A stretch of 64,000 nucleotides of DNA from Myxococcota bacterium (GTDB taxonomy: Bacteria; Myxococcota_A; SURF-8): NCBI GenBank assembly GCA_963674735.2, contig CAXXQS010000001.1, forward strand, positions 448,001-512,000, read 5' to 3'. The position numbers were made by a program, and so were the translations under genes. Of this stretch, positions 47,145 through 58,875 are shown piece after piece (within the stretch, counting starts at the first letter, position 1; the number at the start of each line of letters is the position of its first letter). Under the pieces are notes generated by a model. That model saw only the letters and a list, made by a program, of their open reading frames with translations. It made no database searches and had not been told where the DNA came from.

Positions 47145-47714
47145 ATGATGGGTTTATGGATTGTGCTGGCGGTGTTGGGGCTTCTGTTTGTGGGCGTACT
47201 GGTTTACGCCGTCTTGATTTACAACGGTCTGGTGAGTTTGAAAAACAACATCGACAAAGCCTGGAGCAACATCGACGTCGTGCTGAAACAGCGTTTCGAT
47301 GAATTGCCCAAGCTGGTGAATGTGTGCAAGGGCTACATGCAGCACGAGCGGGCGACGCTCGAAGCGGTGGTCAAGGCGCGCAATCTTTCGATGCAGGTTT
47401 CGTCCGAAGGCGATGTCATGCGTTCGCAAAATGCGATCAGCCAGGCCTTGAAGTCGCTGTTCGCCGTTTCCGAAAACTATCCGAACCTCAAGGCCGATCA
47501 GTCCTTTCGGCAGCTTCAATCACGCATCAGCGAACTGGAGAACATCATCGCCGACCGGCGCGAGTTGTTCAACGAATCGGTTAACCTGTTCAACATTCGC
47601 ATCGAGCAGATTCCGGATGTGCTGATTGCGCGCCCGCTCAATTTCAATCGGCGGCAGCTCTGGCAGATCGATCCGGCGCAGCGAGCCGATCCCGGGATCG
47701 ATCTCGATCTGTAA
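47145..47714 (+). CDS. lemA: LemA family protein
   Basis: YNGLV..N..AWSNIDV.LKQR..ELP.LV, ENYPNLKA, LENIIADRR..FN. Confidence 0.95.
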   Translation: MMGLWIVLAVLGLLFVGVLVYAVLIYNGLVSLKNNIDKAWSNIDVVLKQRFDELPKLVNVCKGYMQHERATLEAVVKARNLSMQVSSEGDVMRSQNAISQALKSLFAVSENYPNLKADQSFRQLQSRISELENIIADRRELFNESVNLFNIRIEQIPDVLIARPLNFNRRQLWQIDPAQRADPGIDLDL

Positions 47715-47771
47715 GCGCGGGGTGTGTCGTTTTTCGGTTGCGGTCGCCGGTTCGATCGATACCTAAAAAGA

Positions 47772-47800
47772 AAAAGGACGGGTTCGACGCCCGTCCTTTT
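47772..47800. terminator. Bidirectional terminator
   Basis: aaaaggacggg-ttcgacg-cccgtcctttt between lemA and thrS. Confidence 0.8.
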
Positions 47801-47819
47801 GCGTTTGTGAGAGAATCAC

Positions 47820-49775
<1,956 letters not shown>

Positions 49776-49897
49776 GAAATCACTCCGTTATACAAGGTCC
49801 GCAGCGGACCGGTGTGCTTAAAACGAACCCTATCATTATCATGAGGGCGGGGTGTGGACAAGGGAAAAAGAAGGTTCTTGCACTCACGTCGCAGCGC

Positions 49898-51937
49898 TTA
49901 CGGCAGTTTCAGTTCGCCGAGATCGAGGGGCGTGTCGGTTTGCACGCGCAGACCTTTCATCTCCAGGCGGCGGCCGTCCGACGCGGTGAGGATGAGGGTG
50001 TAGATGCCGGGCGGAACCAGGGGGAAATGGAAGCCGTCCTCCACCAGTTCGGACGAAATGACGCCGATATAGGATAGTTCCACCTTGGTCAGACCGCCGG
50101 GGAAATCGGCACTCAGCCGACCCGAGACGGCGCTGCCGTCCCCGATAATCACGACCGGCGCGTCGGTTCCGCTGCTGCGGCCGTTCCAGCGGCCCATGCG
50201 ACCATCCTCCAGGGTGATCCACAGGGGGGGGAAATCCATCGTCATTTCACCGAAACGGTTTTCCCAGTGGCCGTCGCTATCGGGGCTGCGCCAGGACTGG
50301 CAGACGCCCCAGCAGTAGCGAAAATCGGTGATCAGGGTGCCGTCTTGTTCCGCAACCGTCCCCTGTGCGGGGAATTTGGAGGTGCGTGCAAAATCGGTTA
50401 GGACCAGTTTCAGGTCGCGGGCGGGAGCCTCCAGCTTGTTCAATGAACCATGTCGCTGTGGCTGATGGGTGAACGCGATGATCGAGTAAGTCTGTCCGGT
50501 GTGGGCACCCAGGGAGAAATGGCCGTCGGTTTCGGAGCGAGTCTCCCGAAATCCGCCCATCCCTTCTTGGTTGCCGCCGAGCGGTCGTAAAATAAGAGTC
50601 GCGCCTTCCACCGGATGCTCCTCGCTGTCCAATACCACTCCTTCGATGCGGCTGTCGTCGGCCGATTCGACCTGCACGATCAACGGTTCGTCCAAAGGAC
50701 AACGCGTTTTGACCCGCTGAAAACGCCGGTTGCCGTTGTCGTGATGGGTGACCAGCAGGGAAAAGTCACCGGGGTTGCGGTCGGTGAGCGTGAATCGTCC
50801 GTCGGCATCGGAGATGGCTCCGGCGAGTTGACCGCCGCCGCCCATGTTTTGCAGGACGACATTGGCCACCGGGTTGTCCTGCTCGTCGAGCACCCGGCCT
50901 TCCAGGCGGCATTCGGGCTGCATGACCACGACGACATCCGGGGGCGTGGCGGCGTTGACCGACAAGCTGCGGGAGGCGTAGCCGTCCTTGTAAAAGAAGA
51001 TGAGTTCGTTGGTGGTGGGTAAGCCGCGCAGGGTGAAACGTCCTTCGCCGTCGGTGAGAACGCGCAGCAGGTTTTGCGGGGATGGATTGCTTTCGCCGCG
51101 CGGATAGTCCTCCACCGCCACTCCGCTCAGGGGTTCGCCCTGGGTATCTTCCACCCGGCCCGTGAGCGTCCAATCGGCGGTAAGGGCGATATCGCCCAAC
51201 TCGGCGCTGCCGCCGTTGCAGCCGAAGGGGATTTCCTGGGGGGCGTGTCCGGTGGCTTTGACGTACAGCGACCCGCCGTTCATCAACCCGGTGGGGACTT
51301 CGAAACGGCCTTCGGAGTCGGTGAGAGCTGGGGAGAAATCCTCATAGCGATGCGGATGGACGTGAACGCCAGCGAGCGGCTGTCCGTTTGCGGCATCGAG
51401 CACGCGCCCCCGCGCCAGACAGGCGGGACTCAGCTCGACCAGCAGTTCCTGGTGGTCGTCGGGACCGAGTTGGAGGCGGGTGAAGGACTGCTCGGGAGGT
51501 TGTGCGAAGCGGTCGTGGGTGATCTGGTAGTAATAGGTGCCCGGCGGCAGTTGCAGATAGCGCGCGTTGCCGTCGGCGTCGGTCCAGGCGGGGGGCAATT
51601 CGATGGGGCCGTTGACGGTGATCTTCGCGCCTGTGACTGGCCGCTGCAGAACGCGGTCGATGACCAGAAAAGCCAGGGAGGCGTTCCAGTCGGGGCGCGG
51701 GGCCAGGGGACGGCTCGACACCCAGTCGAGACCGGCGGGCGAGGGCATGCCGACGGATCCGCTCGGGTCTTGTAACGCGGGCATGGATGGACGCAGGTCG
51801 CCGAGTTCACGGGTGTCGATTAGGGATGGTTTCGTGGATTCCGATTCGAGGGGAGGCGGCCAGAGGAACCACAGGACCAGTCCGCCGATGACAAACACCA
51901 GCAGGAACAGACTCATAAACAGTCGGCGCTGTGACAT
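49898..51937 (-). CDS. Membrane-anchored protein with carboxypeptidase regulatory-like domain repeats
   Basis: N-terminal TM; repeated GRVLD..G.P..G..V...TD.EGRF motifs. Confidence 0.85.
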   Translation of the reverse strand: MSQRRLFMSLFLLVFVIGGLVLWFLWPPPLESESTKPSLIDTRELGDLRPSMPALQDPSGSVGMPSPAGLDWVSSRPLAPRPDWNASLAFLVIDRVLQRPVTGAKITVNGPIELPPAWTDADGNARYLQLPPGTYYYQITHDRFAQPPEQSFTRLQLGPDDHQELLVELSPACLARGRVLDAANGQPLAGVHVHPHRYEDFSPALTDSEGRFEVPTGLMNGGSLYVKATGHAPQEIPFGCNGGSAELGDIALTADWTLTGRVEDTQGEPLSGVAVEDYPRGESNPSPQNLLRVLTDGEGRFTLRGLPTTNELIFFYKDGYASRSLSVNAATPPDVVVVMQPECRLEGRVLDEQDNPVANVVLQNMGGGGQLAGAISDADGRFTLTDRNPGDFSLLVTHHDNGNRRFQRVKTRCPLDEPLIVQVESADDSRIEGVVLDSEEHPVEGATLILRPLGGNQEGMGGFRETRSETDGHFSLGAHTGQTYSIIAFTHQPQRHGSLNKLEAPARDLKLVLTDFARTSKFPAQGTVAEQDGTLITDFRYCWGVCQSWRSPDSDGHWENRFGEMTMDFPPLWITLEDGRMGRWNGRSSGTDAPVVIIGDGSAVSGRLSADFPGGLTKVELSYIGVISSELVEDGFHFPLVPPGIYTLILTASDGRRLEMKGLRVQTDTPLDLGELKLP

Positions 51938-52050
51938 GCGGCAACGTCCTCCTTCACTTCCATCGGTACCGATCGATACCTATAGATACCATAAATAACC
52001 GTTGGTATTCGGAAAATATTTCCGGAATGGGAAGCAGAAGGGGAGGGTGC

Positions 52051-52971
52051 TCACGCGAAGCGGAAATGGCCTTCCTGGGTGTAGCCGTTTTCCAGGCCGA
52101 ATCGCTCCAGGGCGTCGAGGGCGTCGCGATATTCGGCTTCGGTGATGGCGCGGTCCATGCCGGGCGTCTCGGCGGCGATATGGGCCGGGAAATACTGGGC
52201 CATAAGTGAAATGCTCACTTGCGGGGAGAGGTCTTCGGCGATGAAGCGCAAAACCGCCGGTGTTCCGGCGCGTCCCTCGGGTAATACCAGGTGGCGGATG
52301 AGCAGGCCGCGCGTGGCGATGCCGTCGGCGTCCAGTTCGAGCGTTCCCACCTGGCGGAACATCTCCCGGACGGCAGCGGTGGCGCGTTGCCAGTACTGCG
52401 GAGCCTGGCTCAACTCGCGGGCGGGCTGTTCATCGGCGTATTTGATGTCGGGCAGGTAGATGTCCACGACCCCTTCGAGCAGCGCCAAAGTGGTGACGCG
52501 CTCGTAGGCGTTGGAGTTCCACACCACCGGCAGGGTCAAGCCGCTTTCGGCGGCCAGACGCAGGGCGCGTAGAATGGCGGCGCTGTAATGGGTGGGCGAA
52601 ACGAAGTTGATGTTATGTGCGCCGCGCTTCTGTAGGTCGAGCATCGCCTGCGCCAGTTCGCTCTCACTGACATCGCGGCCGTTGCCCAAGTGGCTGATGG
52701 GGTAATTTTGGCAAAATATGCAGCGTAGATTGCAGTGGGTGAGAAACACGGTGCCCGACCCGCCCGAGCCTGAAATCGGCGGTTCTTCGCCGTAGTGCAG
52801 GTTCATCGAGGAAATGCGCGGATGGCGCGGGGCGCGGCAGATGCCGAGGTCCACGGCGCGGTCCACCTCGCAGAGACGCGGACACAGGCGGCAAGGCGTT
52901 TCGAGCGCATCGATCCGGCTGATTTTGTCGTCCCATTGGCTGGGGGAGAGGCTCAGATAGCTAGCCGGCAT
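52051..52971 (-). CDS. pflX: Radical SAM protein, PflX-like
   Basis: CRLCPRLC, GEEPPISG..GSGTVF, CNLRCIFCQN, GAHNIN, DIYLPD.KY, IRHLVLP. Confidence 0.88.
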   Translation of the reverse strand: MPASYLSLSPSQWDDKISRIDALETPCRLCPRLCEVDRAVDLGICRAPRHPRISSMNLHYGEEPPISGSGGSGTVFLTHCNLRCIFCQNYPISHLGNGRDVSESELAQAMLDLQKRGAHNINFVSPTHYSAAILRALRLAAESGLTLPVVWNSNAYERVTTLALLEGVVDIYLPDIKYADEQPARELSQAPQYWQRATAAVREMFRQVGTLELDADGIATRGLLIRHLVLPEGRAGTPAVLRFIAEDLSPQVSISLMAQYFPAHIAAETPGMDRAITEAEYRDALDALERFGLENGYTQEGHFRFA

Positions 52972-53608
52972 GGAGGAATTCGACCTCGTCGTCGGTGTAG
53001 AATTTCATGGGATCGACGTGCGCGTAACGCTGGCACTTCATCCATACTTTCTGCAAGTCCATGAAATACGGGCGAAAATCTTCAATTCCGGCTTTGCGCA
53101 TGCGTTTCATCTGTTTTTTGAGAAATCCACGCGTTTCATCCGGGAACATCACGAAAGCCCGCATGAAATGCCATTGATCGTCGCGCATGACCAAACGCGC
53201 CTCGAACAGGCCGTTTTTGTTGAGTCCGGCCAGCGTGCGGCGTTCGGTGATTTCATACGTGGCATGATCGCGCAGATCGCGCAGGACCACCCGATGTTTT
53301 TTGGGTAGCAGGCGGCGGACTTCGAACAGGCCGTGGACCGGTTGGCACAGGGCATCGAGGGTTTCGAGATCTTCCGGCGATAATCCGTCGTTGAGCCGTC
53401 GATAATGATGGGCGGCCGAGGTGTCTTCGCCGAAGGGACGATCGAACACGAACCATTCCAGGAAGTTGGAAACCCGGTCCTCGTAGAAGGGGTCGTCGTC
53501 GTAGACTTCGCCGGTTTGCGAAAAGAAGTCCTGGCGCGCGCGGGTCAGCTCGTCGGGGTGGTGTTCATTGAAATAGCGGATGATGTCTTCGAAATGGCGT
53601 TGATACAC
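52961..53608 (-). CDS. Hypothetical protein
   Basis: 215-aa ORF whose stop overlaps the pflX-like start. Confidence 0.75.
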   Translation of the reverse strand: MYQRHFEDIIRYFNEHHPDELTRARQDFFSQTGEVYDDDPFYEDRVSNFLEWFVFDRPFGEDTSAAHHYRRLNDGLSPEDLETLDALCQPVHGLFEVRRLLPKKHRVVLRDLRDHATYEITERRTLAGLNKNGLFEARLVMRDDQWHFMRAFVMFPDETRGFLKKQMKRMRKAGIEDFRPYFMDLQKVWMKCQRYAHVDPMKFYTDDEVEFLHAG

Positions 53609-53671
53609 GATAGCCCTCGATGCTCGTTTTCGAGAGGGGATCTTATGTAAAGCCTACCCGAAATGCAAGCG

Positions 53672-53712
53672 AAAAGACAACCCCGCGATATAGTGAGTAG
53701 CGCGGGGTTGTT
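53672..53712 (-). terminator. Terminator after cheW
   Basis: gacaaccccgcg...cgcggggttgtt stem followed by UUUU on the minus strand. Confidence 0.7.
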
Positions 53713-53733
53713 TGATGCAGGACGAAGGGGTAT

Positions 53734-54282
53734 TTAACGCTTATCGGTTGTTTGCACCATCCGTGTGACTTCCGCCGCCGAAAGCACCTTGGCGATATTG
53801 AGCAAAAAGATCACTCGTTCGGCATGTTTACCGATGCCCAGGATAAATTCGGTGTCGATGGAAATGCCGCCGAAGGCGGGTGGCGGTTCGATGTTCTGAG
53901 GCTTGATGTCGAGCACTTCCAGCACTTCGTCGACCATGATCCCCATCGTGATGTCTTGTTCGCCTTGGGTGAATTGCACCACGATGATGACGGTCTGGTC
54001 GGTGGTTTCGGTGCGTTCGATTTCGAATTTCAACTTCAGGTCGATAACCGGAATCACTTTGCCGCGCAGGTTGATGACACCGCGGACAAAGGGCGCCACT
54101 CGCGGAACGCGCGTGACCTCCATCAACCCGATGATTTCGCGTACCGTTAGAATCTCGATGCCGTATTCTTCATCGGCGAGTTTGAAGGTCATGTATTTAC
54201 CCGCCAACTCCTTACCAAGCACTAGGCCGGACTCGTTTTCTTTTCCGCTCTCGTCGGGATTGATCTTCTGCTTTTCACTCAT
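53734..54282 (-). CDS. cheW: Chemotaxis protein CheW
   Basis: YMTF.LA.EEYGI.I..VREII, GVINLRGKVIPVIDL, G.MVD.V. Confidence 0.96.
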   Translation of the reverse strand: MSEKQKINPDESGKENESGLVLGKELAGKYMTFKLADEEYGIEILTVREIIGLMEVTRVPRVAPFVRGVINLRGKVIPVIDLKLKFEIERTETTDQTVIIVVQFTQGEQDITMGIMVDEVLEVLDIKPQNIEPPPAFGGISIDTEFILGIGKHAERVIFLLNIAKVLSAAEVTRMVQTTDKR

Positions 54283-54297
54283 GGAAACCTCCGGAAA

Positions 54298-57135
54298 TCA
54301 TGCTTCGTTTATCGGTTCGTCAGGGCTATTTTCTTTTTTAGACGGTGGCGGCGTTTGCGGAAGCGTCGAAGCGGCTGCCGTTTCGGCGAGGAACGTTTTG
54401 TCATCGATCAAGCTGCTGATCTCTTCGACATTGAGAATCAATCCGACGCGGCCGTCGGACAGGATCGCCGCACCGGATGCATACTTCATCGACTCCATGC
54501 CGGAACCGAGGCTTTTAATCACCACCTGCTGTTGGGTGACCACGTCATCGACCAGAATGCCGATGGTGCGTCCCACGCTTTCCACCAATACCACCAGGGC
54601 GTCGCTGGCGTCGCTTTTGGCGTCTGAAACGTTGAACAAGCGGTTAAGCCGCAACAAAGGATAGTTATCGCCGCGCACATTCACAAGCTCGCCTTTTCCG
54701 GTGAACGAATACAGCATGGACGGCTCGGGCTTGAGCGATTCGACGATGGATAGAGTGGGCAGGATGTAGGTTTCCGTCCCGCACTTCACCAGCATGCCGT
54801 CGATAATGGCCAAGGTCAGAGGCAGGACCATTTTGAAAACGGTTCCATGGCCGGGGGTGGAATCGATGGATACGCGCCCACGCATGGCTTCGATATTACG
54901 TCTGACCACATCCATTCCCACTCCGCGTCCGGAAATTTCGGTCACTTTTTCCGCCGTGGAGAAGCCGGGATGGAAAATCATGTTGTAGATTTCGGAATCC
55001 TTGAGCTTTTCGCCTTCTTTCATCAGACCTTGCTTCAGCGCTTTGGCCAGAATCCGATCGCGGCTGAGCCCGCGCCCGTCATCGGAAATTTCGATGACGA
55101 TGCTGCCGCCTTCGTGATACGCGGATAGCGAAACGGTACCGTTTTTCGGTTTGCCGGTCGCCTGACGTTCATCGGCATCTTCGATGCCATGATCGACGGC
55201 GTTGCGGATCATGTGAACGAGCGGATCGCCGATCTGTTCGGCCATGCTGCGGTCCATCTCGGTCCATTCTCCGTTTTGCACAAGGCTGATATTCTTATGG
55301 TTTTTTCGCGAAAGATCGCGGACCATGCGCGCCATTTTCTGGAACAGACCATGTACCGGGACCATGCGCATGCGCATGGCGACGCTTTGCAGGTCGCGGG
55401 TAATTTTGGTTAGTTGTCCCAACGAATTGCGCACGTGCGGGGAGGTCAACGAGACGATTTCGGGGGTATTGACCACCATCGATTCCACAATGGATAGCTC
55501 GCCGATCATCTCCACCAGGCTGTCCACGCGCTCCAGATCGACCTTGACGGTTTCACGGATTTTGGTTCCCTGGGTTTGGGAACGCAGGGCCTGGGCAACC
55601 TTTTTAGCCGAGACGGCTTTTTCCGCGACCAGTTCTTCACCCAGTCTACGGCCGCTTTGACGTTGACTTTCCAGGGCCTCCGCCAGTTTCTGTTCATCCA
55701 GGTCGCCTTCGTCCACCAGGATTTCACCCAGCTTTTTGGTGCGTTGGCTGTCGGGAAGTGTTTCTTCCGGCAGGGCTTCGCCCTTGATGGCTGCTTGCAG
55801 GCGTCGAATCAAATAGGGCAGGTTGTCCATGGATGCGATCGGCTGGCCGCTTTCGACGGCCGTCTTGACCGCGCCGAGCATGTTGCGCATCATTTCGGTC
55901 GCGTCGAAAACCAGATCCAGAACCGCGCCTGCGAGGGGCAGGTTGCCCTGGCGCACCAGGTTCATCATGGTTTCGGTGGTATGCGCCAGCGATTCGATCT
56001 GCTTGAGTTCGAGGAAGCCGGCCACGCCTTTGATGGTGTGGAAAACGCGGAAGAGGTTGTTGATCTTCTCATCGTCGGGACCGCTGTTTTCGATCTCCAT
56101 CAGCACCTGATCCGCATTGGACAGGCCTTCTTCGCTTTCCTGTAAAAATTCCCCCGCCATGGCGATGGTTTCGTCGTCGAAGGATTCCGGGCCGGGACGC
56201 GGCAGAACATAGTCGGCGTCCGGATCCGGTTCGTCGTCGTCGCCCCCGACTTCGATAAAGCGGGCGGGCTTGGGCTCGGGTTTCTCCACCGGTTTTTCTT
56301 CCGCCGGGGCGTTTTTTTTCGTTTGCGCCTTTTTGGTTTTGGCGGAAGCGGCTTTCTTGGCCTTTTTCTTGGGCTTGGACTTTTTCGTGTCTTGACTATC
56401 CGCCGCGTCCTGCTTGAGTTGCGCCATGAAATCGGCGGCGCTCTGTGCAGGTTGCAGACCATCGACATAGGCCAGTACCGCCTGGCCCACCCAGTCCGTC
56501 ATTTGCAGGAGGCGGTCGGCGGTTTGAGAGGGCGGCAGGTCGAGATCCATGAAATCTTCGATGGCGTGGCAGAGGTTTTCCATGTCTTCAAGACCCAGAA
56601 CGCCCGCTTCGCCTTTCATGGTGTGAATGACGCGCCGAATGGCTCCGGCTTTTTCGGTATCCCCTTTTTCGAGATCCAGGATGTCGGATTCCAGGTCTTC
56701 CAGCACGGCTTTCTGGTTGGAAAGAAAGTCGTTGAAGGTTGCTTGATCCACCCAATCGGGCAGAATAAAAGCTCCTTCCGCCGCCGCGGCCGCGGCCATT
56801 TCGGCGTTTTCGCCCTCCGCGTCCGGGATGTCCGCTTCTTCCTCGTCTTCGGAGGCCGGTTCGCGTTGAGCGTGCTGAATCTGGCTGAGCAGGCTGGAGA
56901 CGCGCTCGAAGTCGGCGGATGGATCTTTCGTGTCGTCCATCACGATGTTCTGAAGCAGTTTGGTGGCTTCGCGTGCCGGTTCTCCCAGGCTTTGAGCGAC
57001 CTCGGCGGGTAAGGCGTCGACGAACTGCTCGAACCCCATCATGAGTTGAGCGAGCGCCGGTTTGTCATCCACATCGGCCATGACCAGCGAGGATGCGAGA
57101 TCTTCAAGCAGGTCGAACGGGTTCGGTGTCCCCAT
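54298..57135 (-). CDS. cheA: Chemotaxis histidine kinase CheA with two Hpt domains and an MshEN-like segment
   Basis: HTMKG and FHTIKG; HMIRNAVDHGIE, DDGRG, GFSTA, SGRGVGMDVV, LPLTLAI; C-terminal CheW-like domain. Confidence 0.95.
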   Translation of the reverse strand: MGTPNPFDLLEDLASSLVMADVDDKPALAQLMMGFEQFVDALPAEVAQSLGEPAREATKLLQNIVMDDTKDPSADFERVSSLLSQIQHAQREPASEDEEEADIPDAEGENAEMAAAAAAEGAFILPDWVDQATFNDFLSNQKAVLEDLESDILDLEKGDTEKAGAIRRVIHTMKGEAGVLGLEDMENLCHAIEDFMDLDLPPSQTADRLLQMTDWVGQAVLAYVDGLQPAQSAADFMAQLKQDAADSQDTKKSKPKKKAKKAASAKTKKAQTKKNAPAEEKPVEKPEPKPARFIEVGGDDDEPDPDADYVLPRPGPESFDDETIAMAGEFLQESEEGLSNADQVLMEIENSGPDDEKINNLFRVFHTIKGVAGFLELKQIESLAHTTETMMNLVRQGNLPLAGAVLDLVFDATEMMRNMLGAVKTAVESGQPIASMDNLPYLIRRLQAAIKGEALPEETLPDSQRTKKLGEILVDEGDLDEQKLAEALESQRQSGRRLGEELVAEKAVSAKKVAQALRSQTQGTKIRETVKVDLERVDSLVEMIGELSIVESMVVNTPEIVSLTSPHVRNSLGQLTKITRDLQSVAMRMRMVPVHGLFQKMARMVRDLSRKNHKNISLVQNGEWTEMDRSMAEQIGDPLVHMIRNAVDHGIEDADERQATGKPKNGTVSLSAYHEGGSIVIEISDDGRGLSRDRILAKALKQGLMKEGEKLKDSEIYNMIFHPGFSTAEKVTEISGRGVGMDVVRRNIEAMRGRVSIDSTPGHGTVFKMVLPLTLAIIDGMLVKCGTETYILPTLSIVESLKPEPSMLYSFTGKGELVNVRGDNYPLLRLNRLFNVSDAKSDASDALVVLVESVGRTIGILVDDVVTQQQVVIKSLGSGMESMKYASGAAILSDGRVGLILNVEEISSLIDDKTFLAETAAASTLPQTPPPSKKENSPDEPINEA

Positions 57136-57221
57136 CTTCCATTCCCCTAAATGTAAATATCCGTTCCGATTTATAAGAAACGGTCGCGGCCCATACTAAC
57201 CGGGCCGGCGACCCTGACAAA

Positions 57222-57803
57222 CTAGTTATGCTGGTTTTTAATCCCTTTTGTCAAAAGCGTGTACGCGATGTCGAGCAATTCTTCGGGCTTGAACGGCTTG
57301 GCCAGCGCCTGATCGGCGCCCAAAGCCAACATGTCTTCGAGATCCTGCGGGAACCCACTGATCACCAGGATGCGGGCATCGTGCGTACGTGTATTTTTTC
57401 TAATCGCTTCAAGGACTTGGCGACCATCCGTGCCCGGCATCCGGGAGTCGAGGACCACCAGGTGCGGGGTCATGTTGCCCAGCATGATCAGGGCATCGTA
57501 GCCGTTGGTGCTGCTTTCAATGGCGACGTTGAGATCCGATCGTTGCAGTGTGCGGGTTACCAGCGTGACGATGCTCGGCTCGTCGTCTACGACCATCACA
57601 CGGTAGGCCTCGTCCAGCGATGATGTGTCGAGATTATGCGCCTTCATGAATTCAAGAAGGACGTCGTGATGGATGGTCCAGGTGCCGGTTATAGGATTTT
57701 GCTGCGCCGGGATCTTTCCATCAGCGAGGTAGCGGCGGGCTGTACGTGCCGGAATCCCAAGGAGATCGGCTACTTCGCCACTTGTGTAGGTCTTCTTTTG
57801 CAT
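57222..57803 (-). CDS. Response regulator with N-terminal excisionase/MerR-type HTH
   Basis: YTSGEVADLLGIPARTARRY..G.I; REC motifs VVDDE, LDSRMPG, KPF. Confidence 0.9.
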   Translation of the reverse strand: MQKKTYTSGEVADLLGIPARTARRYLADGKIPAQQNPITGTWTIHHDVLLEFMKAHNLDTSSLDEAYRVMVVDDEPSIVTLVTRTLQRSDLNVAIESSTNGYDALIMLGNMTPHLVVLDSRMPGTDGRQVLEAIRKNTRTHDARILVISGFPQDLEDMLALGADQALAKPFKPEELLDIAYTLLTKGIKNQHN

Positions 57804-58055
57804 GCTGGTTCCACCTCTTGGGTCTCACGTACACAGAGCTTGCGTTCGAGGTTGGATCGAACCGGCCAAAATATTACCGTTTGGCCGTTTGACCCTTTTT
57901 CCATTAAAACTATTCGGCATACCGACTTCGGATCTTGAGTGATTTCGATCTAAAAGCGGTTAGAATCCGGTGTGAGAGCAGAGGGGCTTTGAAAAACAGG
58001 ATGAATTGTGCTACATCCAAAGCAGGAGAGAACGCGCAACAGGCTGGAGGTGAAC

Positions 58056-58850
58056 GTGAAAAAGCGGGTACAGGTTGTGGAAAACCGTGAGCAGGTGCAA
58101 TACCACATCGAGCTGTCTCGGGCGTTGACCCAGGATGCCCGGGTGGCGATTATTCCCGGAGCGCCCGAACGCGCCGAGTTGATCGCGTCGCATCTTGACG
58201 CGCCGCGCAAGTTGGCCTCTCATCGCGGTTTGGATTCCTGGTTGGGCGAGTTGGCGGGTGAAAAAGTGTTGGTCACCAACACCGGCATGGGCGGTCCGAC
58301 CACCGAAATCGTGGTGCAGGAACTGGCCCAGTTGGGCGTCGAAACCTTTTTGCGCATCGGCACCACCGGCGCGATTCAGGAAGACATTCCGGTCGGGGCG
58401 CTGATCGTCAGCGAAGCCTCCATTCGCCTAGACGGTTCGTCGGATCACTATGCGCCGCCGCGTTATCCGGCGGTGGCGGACGTGGAATTCACCTTGCGGC
58501 TGCGCGAAGCGGCGGCCCAAACCGGTGCACAGTGTTTTTCGGGCATTACCGTGTCGTCGGCCACTTTTTACCCCGGCCAGGAACGTTACGATTCGGCCTC
58601 GGGCTACGTGCGCCAGGCCTTTCAGGGCTCGGTGGATGAGTGGCGCGCACTGGGAGCCTTGAATTTCGAGATGGAATCCGGCACGCTGTTCACGATGTGC
58701 CGCACTATGGGACTGCGGGCCGGTTGCATTTGCGCGGTCGTGGCCAACCGCACGCAGTCGGAAAAGGTGGTGCGCGAGGAAATCCGCCAGGCCGAGGAGC
58801 GCGCCACGGCGGCGGGACTCAAGGCCTTGGAGTTGCTGTTTCACAGCTGA
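58056..58850 (+). CDS. udp: Uridine phosphorylase
   Basis: QYHI, PG.PER, TGMGGP, RIGTTG, FYPGQER, NFEMES; GTG start after GGAGG. Confidence 0.93.
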   Translation: MKKRVQVVENREQVQYHIELSRALTQDARVAIIPGAPERAELIASHLDAPRKLASHRGLDSWLGELAGEKVLVTNTGMGGPTTEIVVQELAQLGVETFLRIGTTGAIQEDIPVGALIVSEASIRLDGSSDHYAPPRYPAVADVEFTLRLREAAAQTGAQCFSGITVSSATFYPGQERYDSASGYVRQAFQGSVDEWRALGALNFEMESGTLFTMCRTMGLRAGCICAVVANRTQSEKVVREEIRQAEERATAAGLKALELLFHS

Positions 58851-58875
58851 TATCAATTGATTAGCTGAGGGTGTC

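Noticed and set aside
57222-57803. Prophage excisionase
   Set aside because: The HTH is fused to a receiver domain, with no integrase or phage genes nearby.
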